A stretch of DNA of 59,287 nt, counting the filler. It is 4 parts of 4 records of this genome, joined end to end, with 100 filler letters (N's around TTAATTAATTAA, not from the genome) between each part and the next. Parts side by side here need not be neighbours in the genome. Positions count along the whole stretch, not along the records: positions 21,056 to 43,922 come from SRR2962707_4285; 3 more parts are not named here. The stretch is one strand, 5' to 3'. The notes beneath the pieces were generated by a model, which was not told where the DNA came from, made no database searches, and saw only the letters and a list, made by a program, of their open reading frames with translations. How positions within the stretch are numbered: position 1 is the first letter of the stretch; each line of letters begins with the position of its first letter. Position numbers and translations under genes: made by a program. Below are positions 28,318 to 37,726 of this stretch, piece after piece.

Positions 28318-28763
28318 TGCGCGACACAGCAGTACCCGGTGCGGCCCACCCCCAACATGCGGATATCCTTTCTGTGCTGGCCCGCGCAGCGCCGCACGCA
28401 ATCAAGGCTGAGGCCGAAGCGGTTCTTCCTGCACTGGGCGAGGTCGAAGTGATCCAGTCGCGCACAGGTCTGGTCATGCTGCCGATGCGTGACACGGTGC
28501 AGGGGGGTGATTTCCATTTGGGCGAGGTGCTGGTGGCCGAGGCGCATGTCCGCACCGCCGAAACAGAGGGTTACGGCATGACCGTCGGGCGGGATCTGGA
28601 ACAGGCAATGGCAATGGCGCTGCTGGATGCGGCCTGGTCTGGCGGTGTCGCGCGCGACCTTGTGGAGGGGTTCGTTGCTCGCATGGCCGCAGCGCAGGGC
28701 CGCGAAGATCACGACACCCTGTGCAACATCAATGCGACGCGAGTTGAGATGGAGACATTCTGA
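28314..28763 (+). CDS. phnG: C-P lyase subunit PhnG
   Basis: TGLVML...FHLGEVLV...ALLDA...ATRVEMETF. Confidence 0.85.
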   Translation: MMRDTAVPGAAHPQHADILSVLARAAPHAIKAEAEAVLPALGEVEVIQSRTGLVMLPMRDTVQGGDFHLGEVLVAEAHVRTAETEGYGMTVGRDLEQAMAMALLDAAWSGGVARDLVEGFVARMAAAQGREDHDTLCNINATRVEMETF

Positions 28764-29305
28764 TGCAGGACGCCCCCATCCCTGATGCAGAAGAACAGCG
28801 CGACAATGCCAGTTTTGCTGCCATCTTGCAGGCTTTTGCCCGTCCCGGCACGGTGCAGACGCTGCCAGCACACGGGCCAGAGCCTGTGGCCTTGGCCCTG
28901 ATCGACCGTGAATGTCGTATTTTCTGCGACGACCCTGCGTTGCAAGACCTTTTGCGCGCCACCGGGGCCATGCCGGTTCCGCCCGAGCTTGCTGATCACG
29001 CATTTCTGGGCCTGAAAACTGCGGCGGATCTGGCCGTTTTCGACCGCCTCAGCCCCGGTAGCGCGCTTTATCCCGACAGCGGCGCAACGGTGATCGTGGA
29101 TGCGCGTATTGGCACCGGCGCGCTTCTTCGGCTGACCGGTCCGGGTATCCGGGACCAGACCGAGCTCCGCCTTGGGGGGCTGCACCCGCAAATCTGGGCT
29201 AGGCGCGCGCATCTGTGCCGCTATCCGCTGGGGACTGAGATGATATTGATCGACGGCGACCGGCTAATTGCGCTTCCGCGCTCGACCACAGTGGAGGAGG
29301 TCTGA
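28763..29305 (+). CDS. phnH: C-P lyase subunit PhnH
   Basis: AFARPG, ALIDRE, GSALYPDSGAT, LTGPGI, YPLG and ALPRST. Confidence 0.88.
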   Translation: MQDAPIPDAEEQRDNASFAAILQAFARPGTVQTLPAHGPEPVALALIDRECRIFCDDPALQDLLRATGAMPVPPELADHAFLGLKTAADLAVFDRLSPGSALYPDSGATVIVDARIGTGALLRLTGPGIRDQTELRLGGLHPQIWARRAHLCRYPLGTEMILIDGDRLIALPRSTTVEEV

Positions 29306-30385
29306 ATGGCTTATGTTGCTACACGCGGCGGCGAAAACGCCATCGAACAGGCAGAGCGGCTCTACCGGGCGCAGATGGGCCGCATCGACGCGGGCCGGGT
29401 GGCCGAGATCGGGGCGGCTTTGCCCGCACTGATCGACCGGGTGATGGGCGAGGCATCGCTATATGCGCCCGACCTCGCGGCGCTGGCTCTGGCCCAGTCG
29501 GGCGGCGATCTTTACGAGGCGCTGTTGCTGCTGCGGGCATGGCGCACGACGCAGCCGCGGCTTCAGGTGGCCGAGCCTGTCGCGCCTGAACAAACTCTCA
29601 CGCATCGTCGGATCTCTGCCGCGTTCAAGGATATACCTGGCGGGCAGATCCTGGGCCCGACGCTTGACTATGCGCACCGACTGCTGGCGACCGGGGTGCT
29701 CACCGGTCAGCCGTTTGATCCGGCATTGGTCGATCCCGCAGCGACGCCCGCACCCGCGACGCATCCGTTGCTGGCCGACTGGCAGCGGGCGCAGGGCCTT
29801 GTCACGCAGAAAATGTCCGCGTCTGTGGATAAGGATCAGATCCCCGATCTGACCCGCGAACCGTTGCTGTTTCCCGCCAAACGGGCGCACACACTGCAAA
29901 GCCTGGCGCGGGCCGATACGGGCGGTGTCCTCGCGCTCGGGTATGCAGCAATGCGCGGTTACGGACAGGCCCACCCGACCGTGAATGAGCTGCGCCTCTC
30001 CGAGGCCGAGGTTCGTGTCACCCATCCCTGCGGCACGGTGTTCAGCGCGGGACGCGTGCGTACGTCACAGGCCGAAGTGGTCACGACCAAAGGCAAGGGA
30101 GAGTTGCAGTTGGGGTTTTGCGCCACCCTTGGCTGGAACGAGGTCAAGGTGATCGCGGGCGCGACGCTAGACCTCAACAGCCCCGGCGCACCCCGGAACA
30201 GCCCGGTGAACGAAGAATTTTTTCTCTACCACACTGAGCCGGTCGAAAGCTCTGGCTTTTGCATCCATTTCAAACTTCCCCATTACGTCACGTTCCAGTC
30301 GTCGCTGGACAATCTCCGCGCCGCCAAGGGGCCGGTCCAGCCGCAGAGCAACCTGCAAACCGCATCGCAGAAAGAGTCAGTATGA
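29306..30385 (+). CDS. phnI: C-P lyase subunit PhnI
   Basis: MAYVATRGGE, DRVMGEASLY, RRISAAFKDIPGGQILGPT, MRGYG..HP and HFKLPHYVTFQ. Confidence 0.93.
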   Translation: MAYVATRGGENAIEQAERLYRAQMGRIDAGRVAEIGAALPALIDRVMGEASLYAPDLAALALAQSGGDLYEALLLLRAWRTTQPRLQVAEPVAPEQTLTHRRISAAFKDIPGGQILGPTLDYAHRLLATGVLTGQPFDPALVDPAATPAPATHPLLADWQRAQGLVTQKMSASVDKDQIPDLTREPLLFPAKRAHTLQSLARADTGGVLALGYAAMRGYGQAHPTVNELRLSEAEVRVTHPCGTVFSAGRVRTSQAEVVTTKGKGELQLGFCATLGWNEVKVIAGATLDLNSPGAPRNSPVNEEFFLYHTEPVESSGFCIHFKLPHYVTFQSSLDNLRAAKGPVQPQSNLQTASQKESV

Positions 30386-31296
30386 GCCTTTCAACCCTAA
30401 CACGGGAGTGGCAGCCGTTTTCCTATGGTTTCCTGGATGCCAGCGCCAAGCGCGAACTGCGCCGCCGGTTGATCAAGGCCGTCGCCGTACCCGGTTGTCA
30501 GGTGCCATATGCCAGCCGCGAGGTGCCTATCGCGCGGGGCTGGGGCACCGGGGGCTTGCAGGTGTCGCTGACGCTGCTGAACCCGGCGCAGGTGGTTAAG
30601 GTTATTGACCAGGGCGCGGATGACAGCGTCAATGCGGCGTCGATCCGGCGCTTTCTGCAGCGTGTGTCGGGCGCATTCGTCACCAGCGACACGACGCAAG
30701 CTAGCCTGATCCAATCCCGCCATCGCATCCCCGAGGAACGCCTGCGCGCCGACCAGATCCTTGTGCTGCAAGTGCCCAATCCGGAACCCCTGCGCCCGGT
30801 GGAACCAAACATGTCAGTCGCGCGCCAGATGCATGCGGATGCGACCTATGGCCGACTTTGGCTGACGTTGTATGAGCAGATGGTCCGGTCGGGTCGGATC
30901 ATGCAGGGGGCAAGCTATCCGGCGATGGTCAATGGGCGGCACGTCATGACACCGTCGCCGATCCCGCGCTGGGACCTGCCCAAACTGCATATGGCCGACC
31001 ACCTGACGATCCTGTCGGCAGGGCGCGAAAAACGGATCTATGCGGTACCGCCCCACACACGGGTCGAACCGCTGGTCTTTGACGACATTCCCTACCGTGT
31101 CGAAGATCACGCAGACCTGACCTGCCATCGCTCAGGCCTGTCCGGGTTCTTTATGAACGAGCTGCCGCAGGCCGACGGCGGCGCCTTGCACGAGGTGTCC
31201 GATAGTCATCTGGGCGTCAAGGCGATCCGCCTTGCCGAAGGCGAGGACGCCCGGATCGGCGAGACCTGGTACAGAAATGGAAAGATGACGCAATGA
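30382..31296 (+). CDS. phnJ: PhnJ-family protein lacking the radical-SAM cysteine motif
   Basis: KAVAVPG.QVP, GWGTGG, KVIDQGADD, RHRIPE, QVPNPEPLR, PSPIP and AGREKRIYAVPP. Only two Cys in the whole protein. Confidence 0.92.
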   Translation: MSLSTLTREWQPFSYGFLDASAKRELRRRLIKAVAVPGCQVPYASREVPIARGWGTGGLQVSLTLLNPAQVVKVIDQGADDSVNAASIRRFLQRVSGAFVTSDTTQASLIQSRHRIPEERLRADQILVLQVPNPEPLRPVEPNMSVARQMHADATYGRLWLTLYEQMVRSGRIMQGASYPAMVNGRHVMTPSPIPRWDLPKLHMADHLTILSAGREKRIYAVPPHTRVEPLVFDDIPYRVEDHADLTCHRSGLSGFFMNELPQADGGALHEVSDSHLGVKAIRLAEGEDARIGETWYRNGKMTQ

Positions 31297-32093
31297 CAGC
31301 CCTTGCTTTGGACGCCCCCCGGCTTGTCACTGCGCAGCCGCTCTTGCAGATGCACGACGTCTGCAAACGCTATGGCGATGTCACTGCGCTCGATACGGTC
31401 AATGCGACCGTCTATCCTGGCGAAGTGCTGGGCATCGTCGGCGAAAGTGGATCGGGGAAATCGACCCTTCTGCGCATGATGAACCTCGAGGAACAGCCGG
31501 ATGCGGGCCGTTATGATCTGAATCTGCCCGAAACACCTGGCAACCTGTTCGATCTGGACCGTTACGACCGGCAGATGCTGCGTGCCCGCCGCATCGGGAT
31601 CGTCTACCAGAACCCGCATTTGGGGTTGCTGATGAAAAACTCCTCCTCCGGCAACGTTGCCGAACGGCTGCTTATCGCCGGCGAACGCCGCTTTGCCGTG
31701 CTGCGTGAAAAGGGGCGGGTGGCGCTGGAGGCTTCGGAATTCCCGCTCGATCGGATAGATGCGCCGCCGATTGACCTGTCGGGGGGGATGCAGCAACGGG
31801 TCCAGCTGGCCAAGGCGATCGCGCTGGAACCCGCTGTGCTGCTGCTGGACGAGCCGACCACAGGTCTGGATGTCAGCGTTCAGGCGTTGGTGCTGGACAC
31901 GCTGAAACGGCTGCAAAGGGACCGGCGCATCACCATGGTGATCGTCAGCCATGACCTTGGCGTGATCCGCGTCATGGCCGACCGAGTCATGGTCATGCGG
32001 CGCGGTCAGGTGGTCGAGGTCGGGCTTGCCGACCAGATATTTCAGGACCCGCAGCACGCCTACACCCAGTCGCTTGTCCATGCAAAACTGTAA
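31293..32093 (+). CDS. phnK: C-P lyase ABC-type ATPase PhnK
   Basis: GEVLGIVGESGSGKST, GNVAERL, SGGMQQR, DEPTTGLDVSVQA and DPQHAYTQ. Confidence 0.92.
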   Translation: MTALALDAPRLVTAQPLLQMHDVCKRYGDVTALDTVNATVYPGEVLGIVGESGSGKSTLLRMMNLEEQPDAGRYDLNLPETPGNLFDLDRYDRQMLRARRIGIVYQNPHLGLLMKNSSSGNVAERLLIAGERRFAVLREKGRVALEASEFPLDRIDAPPIDLSGGMQQRVQLAKAIALEPAVLLLDEPTTGLDVSVQALVLDTLKRLQRDRRITMVIVSHDLGVIRVMADRVMVMRRGQVVEVGLADQIFQDPQHAYTQSLVHAKL

Positions 32094-32103
32094 AGGACAC
32101 GAA

Positions 32104-32808
32104 ATGCCAATCCTGACTGTCGAAGCGCTTTCCAAGACCTTTCGCTTGCATCACCTGAATGAGGTGCTGCCCGCCTTTGATCGGCTTTCGTTCACCTTGT
32201 CACAAGGGGAATTTCTGCTGCTCGCTGGTCCGAACGGCGCGGGGAAATCGACCCTTTTGCGCACGCTCTACCGGTCTTACCGCCCCGTCGCCGGGCACAT
32301 CTGGTACAACAGCACCGAGGGCCGGGTCGACCTTGCCCGCGCCGCCGATGTGGATATCGCGCACTTGCGACGCCACGAGATCGGATTTGTCACCCAGTTC
32401 CTGACCGCTCGCCCGCGCGTGGCCGCCGAAGATATCGTGGCCGAACCGTTGCGCGCCGCCGGCCATTCAGCAGACCTGGCGCTGGACGAGGCCCGGCACT
32501 GGCTGGCGGCCTTTGGTGTGCGTGAGGCGCTCTGGCGCGCCTATCCCAGCACTTTTTCCGGGGGCGAGCAGCAGAAGGTCAATCTGGCCCGCGCGCTGAT
32601 CCGCCCGCCAAGGATTTTGCTGTTGGATGAACCAACTGCGTCTCTGGATGCCAGCGCCCGGGCGGCACTGGTCCAGAGGCTGGCAGAGCTGAAAACCCAA
32701 GGCGTGGCGATGATCGGGGTGTTCCACCATCCCGGTGATGTGGCATGCTTGATCGACCGTACTATAGACCTAATACCAAGCGAGGTAGCCCCCCATGTGG
32801 CTGAGTGA
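32104..32808 (+). CDS. phnL: C-P lyase ABC-type ATPase PhnL
   Basis: SKTFRLH, GAGKST, IGFVTQFL, PSTFSGGEQQ, LLDEPTASLD and GVFH. Confidence 0.92.
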   Translation: MPILTVEALSKTFRLHHLNEVLPAFDRLSFTLSQGEFLLLAGPNGAGKSTLLRTLYRSYRPVAGHIWYNSTEGRVDLARAADVDIAHLRRHEIGFVTQFLTARPRVAAEDIVAEPLRAAGHSADLALDEARHWLAAFGVREALWRAYPSTFSGGEQQKVNLARALIRPPRILLLDEPTASLDASARAALVQRLAELKTQGVAMIGVFHHPGDVACLIDRTIDLIPSEVAPHVAE

Positions 32809-33976
32809 TTTCCGGATTGTACTGAAGGATTGCGTGCTGCCCCATGGCGCGCTACGCATCGAAAACGGCCTGATCGCCGAAGTGTCTGAAACCCCGGTGG
32901 ACGACGCAGATCTGGAAGGCAACGGCCTGCTGCTGTTGCCCGGGTTCATTGACATGCACGGCGACATGATCGAACGCGAGGTCGAGCCGCGCCCGAATGT
33001 GCGCATGCCGATGGAACTGGGTCTGCGCGATCTGGACGGCAGGCTGAAGGTCGCAGGCGTGACCACGGCCTATGCCGCCGTCAGCTTCAATCCGAAATCG
33101 ACTTACGGGCATATGCGCAGCTATGATCATTCCACGGCGATGCTGCGCGAGCTGAAGGCGATGCAGCAGGACCTGCAAGTTGATCATCGCGTCCATGCTC
33201 GGTTCGAGATCGGCCAACCCGATGCCCTCGGCGTGGTCGAGGAGTTGATCGGCGAAGGTACAGTCGATCTCGTCTCGTTGACCGATCACACACCGGGGCA
33301 GGGGCAGTACCGCGATCTTGAGCGTTTGACCCGACGCACTCAGGCGGAACAGGGGCTGAGCCGGGAGGACGCCGAACTCGCCATAAAGGACCGTATCGAG
33401 AAGAAGCAGCGGCATGCTGGCGATGTGGCGGCCACGTTGCGGGCGATTTCGGCGGTCTGTTCCGCGCATGGTATTGCACTGGCAAGCCATGACGACGATA
33501 CGCCGGAAAAGGTTGCGCTCATGCAAGATCTGGGCGCAACCATCAGCGAATTCCCCGTGACCGAAGAGGCCGCCCGCGCGGCCCGCCACCATGGCCTGAT
33601 GACTGTGATGGGCGCGCCGAATGCCCTGCGGGGCCTAAGCTATTCCGGCAACCTGTCGGCGCGCGACGCGCATGGGCTGGGCCTGCTGGACATTCTGGCT
33701 GCGGATTACCACCCCTCGGCGATCCTTCCGGCCCTGCTGATCCTTGGGCGGGCCGATCCAGATGGCCTGGCTGGCGTCGTGCGTATGGCGAGTGCAAATC
33801 CGGCCTACGCTCTTGGCCTGCATGACCGGGGCGAGATTACCGTTGGTCGACGCGCCGATCTGGTGATCGCCGATGATGACGGTATCGGCCATGTCTGCGC
33901 GACCATTTGCGCCGGGCGGATGATCTATTCCAACGGCAACCTGTCGTTTCCAGGCGACACAAAGGACCCTGCATGA
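32795..33976 (+). CDS. phnM: alpha-D-ribose 1-methylphosphonate 5-triphosphate diphosphatase PhnM
   Basis: PGFIDMHGD, DHTPGQGQY, ASHDD, SEFP, MGAPN and DILAADY. Confidence 0.92.
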   Translation: MWLSDFRIVLKDCVLPHGALRIENGLIAEVSETPVDDADLEGNGLLLLPGFIDMHGDMIEREVEPRPNVRMPMELGLRDLDGRLKVAGVTTAYAAVSFNPKSTYGHMRSYDHSTAMLRELKAMQQDLQVDHRVHARFEIGQPDALGVVEELIGEGTVDLVSLTDHTPGQGQYRDLERLTRRTQAEQGLSREDAELAIKDRIEKKQRHAGDVAATLRAISAVCSAHGIALASHDDDTPEKVALMQDLGATISEFPVTEEAARAARHHGLMTVMGAPNALRGLSYSGNLSARDAHGLGLLDILAADYHPSAILPALLILGRADPDGLAGVVRMASANPAYALGLHDRGEITVGRRADLVIADDDGIGHVCATICAGRMIYSNGNLSFPGDTKDPA

Positions 33977-34245
33977 TCCTTGCCATGATCTGCGCTGCCC
34001 TGACGGTTGAATCCTTGGCCGACTAGCGCGACTGGCTTTTCAATAAAGTTCGGTATCTAGAAGTGCGTGGGCTGTACGGCCCGGTGCCGCAGCGCAGTGG
34101 AGCCTGGCGCGATTTGGCTGACGGTCACAACGTGTTTAGCCCCGCTGGCGAATTGTCCCAACGCCCAAATTTGGTTGAGGAAATGCTAGATTTGCCCGCG
34201 CGTCTTTGGGCTGACTTGAGGAGCGCTTCCTTGGGTCGGTCGCCT

Positions 34246-35022
34246 TCAATGTCGACGCTGGGCCCATTTGACGGTGGTGTTCCAGTGCAGCTCAACCGCC
34301 CCTTGGGCATGCTCTGCATAGAGCGCGCCCAGATCTGCTATGACCTGCCCCAGCCCGATCCGGCGCACGATGGTCGCAAGGGTCGAGCGCGTAAGATATA
34401 GGTCGATAAGTTCGCGGCACTCCACTTCGTTTGACCAGCGGTAGGTGCGGGATTTGGCACTGTGAAAGCAGGTTTCGGCGGCCAGTTCGCGGACCGACGG
34501 CTCCTTCGTCTTTTCGCGGCGGGCGTAGTCGTAGATGTTGACAGAGTGTTCAGCGATGTACCGATCAAAGGCCGCGATCAGCGGCATGGCCTCACGTCGG
34601 TTGCGCAGCAGGGCCAGCACGCCGCCCGGGGCCAGAACGCGCTGCGCCTCTGCAAAGAAGATGGCGCGGTCGAACCAGTGAAAGGCCGTACAGGCCACGA
34701 CCAGACCGGCGCTGGCGTCTGGCAGCGGCACCGCCTCGGCGCAGGCGTCGATGACCTGCACGCCGGTATGGGTCGCAAAGCGGCGCGACAGGACGCGGCG
34801 CATATCGCGCCCCGGCTCGGCCGCGATGACCAGCCAGTCGTCGGGTACGGCCCGGCGCAGCCCAGACGTGGAATTGCCCGGACCCGCGCCGAGATCCAGT
34901 GCAATTCTGGCGGACGAACTGCAGGCCGCGACCAGATCTTCGAAAGCGGCGTCGGGATACCCCGGGCGATAGAGGTTGTAGGCTTCGGCCAACCCCTCGA
35001 AACGCTCGGCATTCTCACGCAT
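34246..35022 (-). CDS. class I SAM-dependent methyltransferase
   Basis: YNLYRPGYP, LDLGAGPG, AFHWFD and RVLAPGG. Confidence 0.88.
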   Translation of the reverse strand: MRENAERFEGLAEAYNLYRPGYPDAAFEDLVAACSSSARIALDLGAGPGNSTSGLRRAVPDDWLVIAAEPGRDMRRVLSRRFATHTGVQVIDACAEAVPLPDASAGLVVACTAFHWFDRAIFFAEAQRVLAPGGVLALLRNRREAMPLIAAFDRYIAEHSVNIYDYARREKTKEPSVRELAAETCFHSAKSRTYRWSNEVECRELIDLYLTRSTLATIVRRIGLGQVIADLGALYAEHAQGAVELHWNTTVKWAQRRH

Positions 35023-35025
35023 GGC

Positions 35026-36240
35026 TCAGATCCAAAAATCCCGCGCCGCAAAGGCAGTGCGCCCTTGGCACAGGGTCAGGACAGGGGCGGGGGCGCTGTC
35101 TTGAGGCCAGTCCAGCAGGACAAGATCGGCGCGCTGTCCTGGTGCGATCCGACCCCGGTCGGTCAGCCCGCAGGCCTGCGCGGGGTTCTGCGAAACCAAT
35201 TGCCAGAGCTTGTGCAGTGGGGCGACCCTGTCGGCGTGCAGGCGTGCGATTGCCGCCAGCATCGCCGGATAAAAATAATCCGAGGCCAGGATATCGCACA
35301 GCCCGCGCGCCACCATGTCGCCCGCACCTGGGCTTCCGATGTGGCTGCCGCCGCGCACGACGTTCGGCGCGCCAAAGACGATCCAGTCGCCCGCATCGCG
35401 GGCCGCCTGCGCCACGCCTTGGTTCATCGGGAATTCGGAAATGCGTGCGCCCTTGTCGCGATAATAGGCGCGTGTGTGCGGCTGGCTGTCGTCATGGCTG
35501 AGCATCGGGGCAAACCGGGCGCGGCCTTGTGCCGCGACTTCGGCGATGGTGGCGCCGACATCGGGGCGACGCTCCCAGATCCCAGTGATCTTATGAATGA
35601 AATCATCGGTGCTCAGTCCCGACCGTTTGGCCCGGCTTTGCATCTTTTGCGCGAAAGCAGCGCCGTGCAGATCGGTGATCGGATAATCGGAATCCAGATC
35701 AAAGGGGCGGGTTTGCAACGGTACCGCCGGGTCAAGCAGTGCCATCGAGGTATGGTCGTTGAACGCCAATGCCGGCGTAAGGGGGGCCGCGAGTGCGCGT
35801 TCGATCAGCGGGCGCGCCTCAAAGCAGAACGTCTCCCACCGCAGTTGCAGGCGATTTTCGATCGTTAGCCGCCCAGCCATTGCCCCTAGAAGATCGACGA
35901 TTTGCGTCGCCATCTCGACTGAGCGCAAGCCTGGTTCCCAGCTAAGCGTCAGCGCATGATAGGCGGTTGCGATGCCGTTGCCAGCCAGTTGCCGGTCGGT
36001 TTCCAGCAGTGCCGTGTCGAGTGGAAAGAACACGCCGGGGCGCGGCATCAATTGGCGTTCGAACGCATCGCCGTGAATGTCCACCATCGCGGGCGCCAGC
36101 ATCAGGTCGGTCGCGTCGATGCACCGTGCGCCGTCGTCCGGGCCATCCAAACCAGTGATGTGGCCGTTTTCGATGCGCACCGACGCCTTTGCTATGCCAT
36201 CGGGTAGCAGGACATCCGCGCCTTTGAAAATAATCGCCAT
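35026..36240 (-). CDS. second PhnM-like amidohydrolase
   Basis: PAMVDIHGDAFERQLMPRPG, FNDH, SHDD, SEFP, GAPNVVRGGSH and DILASDY; ATG overlaps the upstream stop. Confidence 0.88.
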   Translation of the reverse strand: MAIIFKGADVLLPDGIAKASVRIENGHITGLDGPDDGARCIDATDLMLAPAMVDIHGDAFERQLMPRPGVFFPLDTALLETDRQLAGNGIATAYHALTLSWEPGLRSVEMATQIVDLLGAMAGRLTIENRLQLRWETFCFEARPLIERALAAPLTPALAFNDHTSMALLDPAVPLQTRPFDLDSDYPITDLHGAAFAQKMQSRAKRSGLSTDDFIHKITGIWERRPDVGATIAEVAAQGRARFAPMLSHDDSQPHTRAYYRDKGARISEFPMNQGVAQAARDAGDWIVFGAPNVVRGGSHIGSPGAGDMVARGLCDILASDYFYPAMLAAIARLHADRVAPLHKLWQLVSQNPAQACGLTDRGRIAPGQRADLVLLDWPQDSAPAPVLTLCQGRTAFAARDFWI

Positions 36241-36890
36241 CAGAGCCTCTCCATTGTCAGATGCCAATGCCAGGATCCGGGCGTGTCGTGTTCGCGATCC
36301 TGCATTTGCCAGACCTCGAACCCCACGAACAGCTCGAGCAGGTCCGGCGCGGAGCAGAAGTAATGCGGATGACGTTTGTCCCCGTCCGCGTCGAAAACCC
36401 ATGTGTTACGCGAAATCTCGCGCCCGTCGGCCCTGATACATTCCACCGGAACCCGGCGCGCAGACAGCATGGTGCCCAGAAAAGTACCACCCGGTTTCAG
36501 CGCCCGAGCGATTTCGGAGATGCTCTGGCGGACAACATCTTCGCCGCCGTGATAGATCACATTCCAGCTGAGCACATGGTCGAAGGCACCGTCGGCAAAG
36601 GGTAGGGTCGTCATCTGGGCCACGACCGTCTCAATGCTCAACCCGGCGTCGCTGGCCGAGGCATCCAGCTGCGCAAGCCCCTGTGGCGAGGCATCCATCG
36701 CCGTCACGGCGAACCCCTGCTGCGCCAGCGCCAGCGCGTGCCGTCCGACACCCGCACCCAGATCGAGGATGCGCGCGCCCGGCGCTAGCGTTGCGGCCCA
36801 GGCGGTCACATCCGGCTCGGGTGTCAGCCATTTCGCATCCGGTGCGGCCCAGTGCGTGTTCCAATGTTCGTGTGCCGTGTCTGTCTTCAT
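36240..36890 (-). CDS. class I SAM-dependent methyltransferase
   Basis: ILDLGAGVGRHA, LPFADGAFD, WNVIYHG and ALKPGG. Confidence 0.88.
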   Translation of the reverse strand: MKTDTAHEHWNTHWAAPDAKWLTPEPDVTAWAATLAPGARILDLGAGVGRHALALAQQGFAVTAMDASPQGLAQLDASASDAGLSIETVVAQMTTLPFADGAFDHVLSWNVIYHGGEDVVRQSISEIARALKPGGTFLGTMLSARRVPVECIRADGREISRNTWVFDADGDKRHPHYFCSAPDLLELFVGFEVWQMQDREHDTPGSWHWHLTMERL

Positions 36891-37726
36891 CTGTCCGTTC
36901 CGATGATCTTGCGGCGTAGCACTGCGCCCAATTGTTCTACGCTAATGACCACGACAGCAATCATCAAAATTACGGTCATCGCAGTAGGGTAATCGAACAG
37001 GTCAAAGCCGACCTTGAGTTCGATCCCGATCCCCCCCGCGCCCACGAGCCCCAGGATGGTGGAGGACCGGACAGCCTTTTCCAGACCGTAAAGCGCGGTC
37101 GAGATGAAGCCGGGCATCGCTGCGGGTATGATTGCTGTCGCCGCGATGTCCAGTTTGGTCGCCCCGGTTGCGGTCAGCGCCTCGGCGGGGCCGGGGTCAA
37201 TCGCCTCCATATCGTCGGCAAAGAAGCGGGCGCAAAACCCCAAAGTGTCCATCAGGATGGCGAGCATCCCGGCAAAGGGGCCAAGGCCGACCGCGACGAC
37301 AAAAAGCAGCGCCCATGCCAGATCCGGCACGGCGCGGATGAACCCCAGCGCAGTGCGCACGACCCAGTTTGTTCCACGCCCCGCCAGCACGCCGCGTGCG
37401 GCCAGCAACGCCAGCGGCAGCGACAGCACTACGCCAAGCGCCGCACCGGCGATGGACATCTGCAGGGTTTCTAGCATTTTCCACGACAACCGCCCCAGCG
37501 CATCGGTGGAGGGCGGCCAGGCGCGGTTCATGAAATCGGCCAACCGGGGGGCCGAGGCGCCGATCTTGTCCAGCGACCAGCCAGCCCCGTCCAGAGACCA
37601 GATTAGCAGCGCAGCGCCCAGAACATAGCCCATAAAGGCCAGCGCCGAGGGGCGTTCAAACCGTGCGGGAACCGCCTTGCGCCGCTCTGCGCGCGCGGCC
37701 CTGTCAGCTTGAGTGATATCAGACAT
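36887..37726 (-). CDS. PhnE/PtxC-like ABC permease (second system)
   Basis: IRAVPDLAWAL, GLGPFAG and VRSSTILGLVGAGGIG. Confidence 0.9.
   Translation of the reverse strand: MSDITQADRAARAERRKAVPARFERPSALAFMGYVLGAALLIWSLDGAGWSLDKIGASAPRLADFMNRAWPPSTDALGRLSWKMLETLQMSIAGAALGVVLSLPLALLAARGVLAGRGTNWVVRTALGFIRAVPDLAWALLFVVAVGLGPFAGMLAILMDTLGFCARFFADDMEAIDPGPAEALTATGATKLDIAATAIIPAAMPGFISTALYGLEKAVRSSTILGLVGAGGIGIELKVGFDLFDYPTAMTVILMIAVVVISVEQLGAVLRRKIIGTDR

Noticed and set aside
30259-30381. 41-aa N-terminal extension of PhnJ in the ORF track
   Set aside because: It overlaps phnI; the ATG at 30382 (ATGA coupling) is the likely start. The extension contains no Cys and does not rescue the motif.
31100-31296. 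Frameshift as the explanation for the missing PhnJ cysteines
   Set aside because: The same frame keeps the flanking conserved residues (FDD.P, C...G, F.NE, SD) and runs cleanly to the phnK overlap, so these are substitutions.
21056-33976. Treating the copper/ABC operon and the phn operon as one system
   Set aside because: They are separated by about 210 bp containing a hairpin and a separate Pho-box-like array, and each has its own regulator. A link (for example as an electron partner for the variant PhnJ) is unsupported without co-occurrence data.
34462-35868. 468-aa plus-strand ORF
   Set aside because: Antisense to the methyltransferase and PhnM-like genes.
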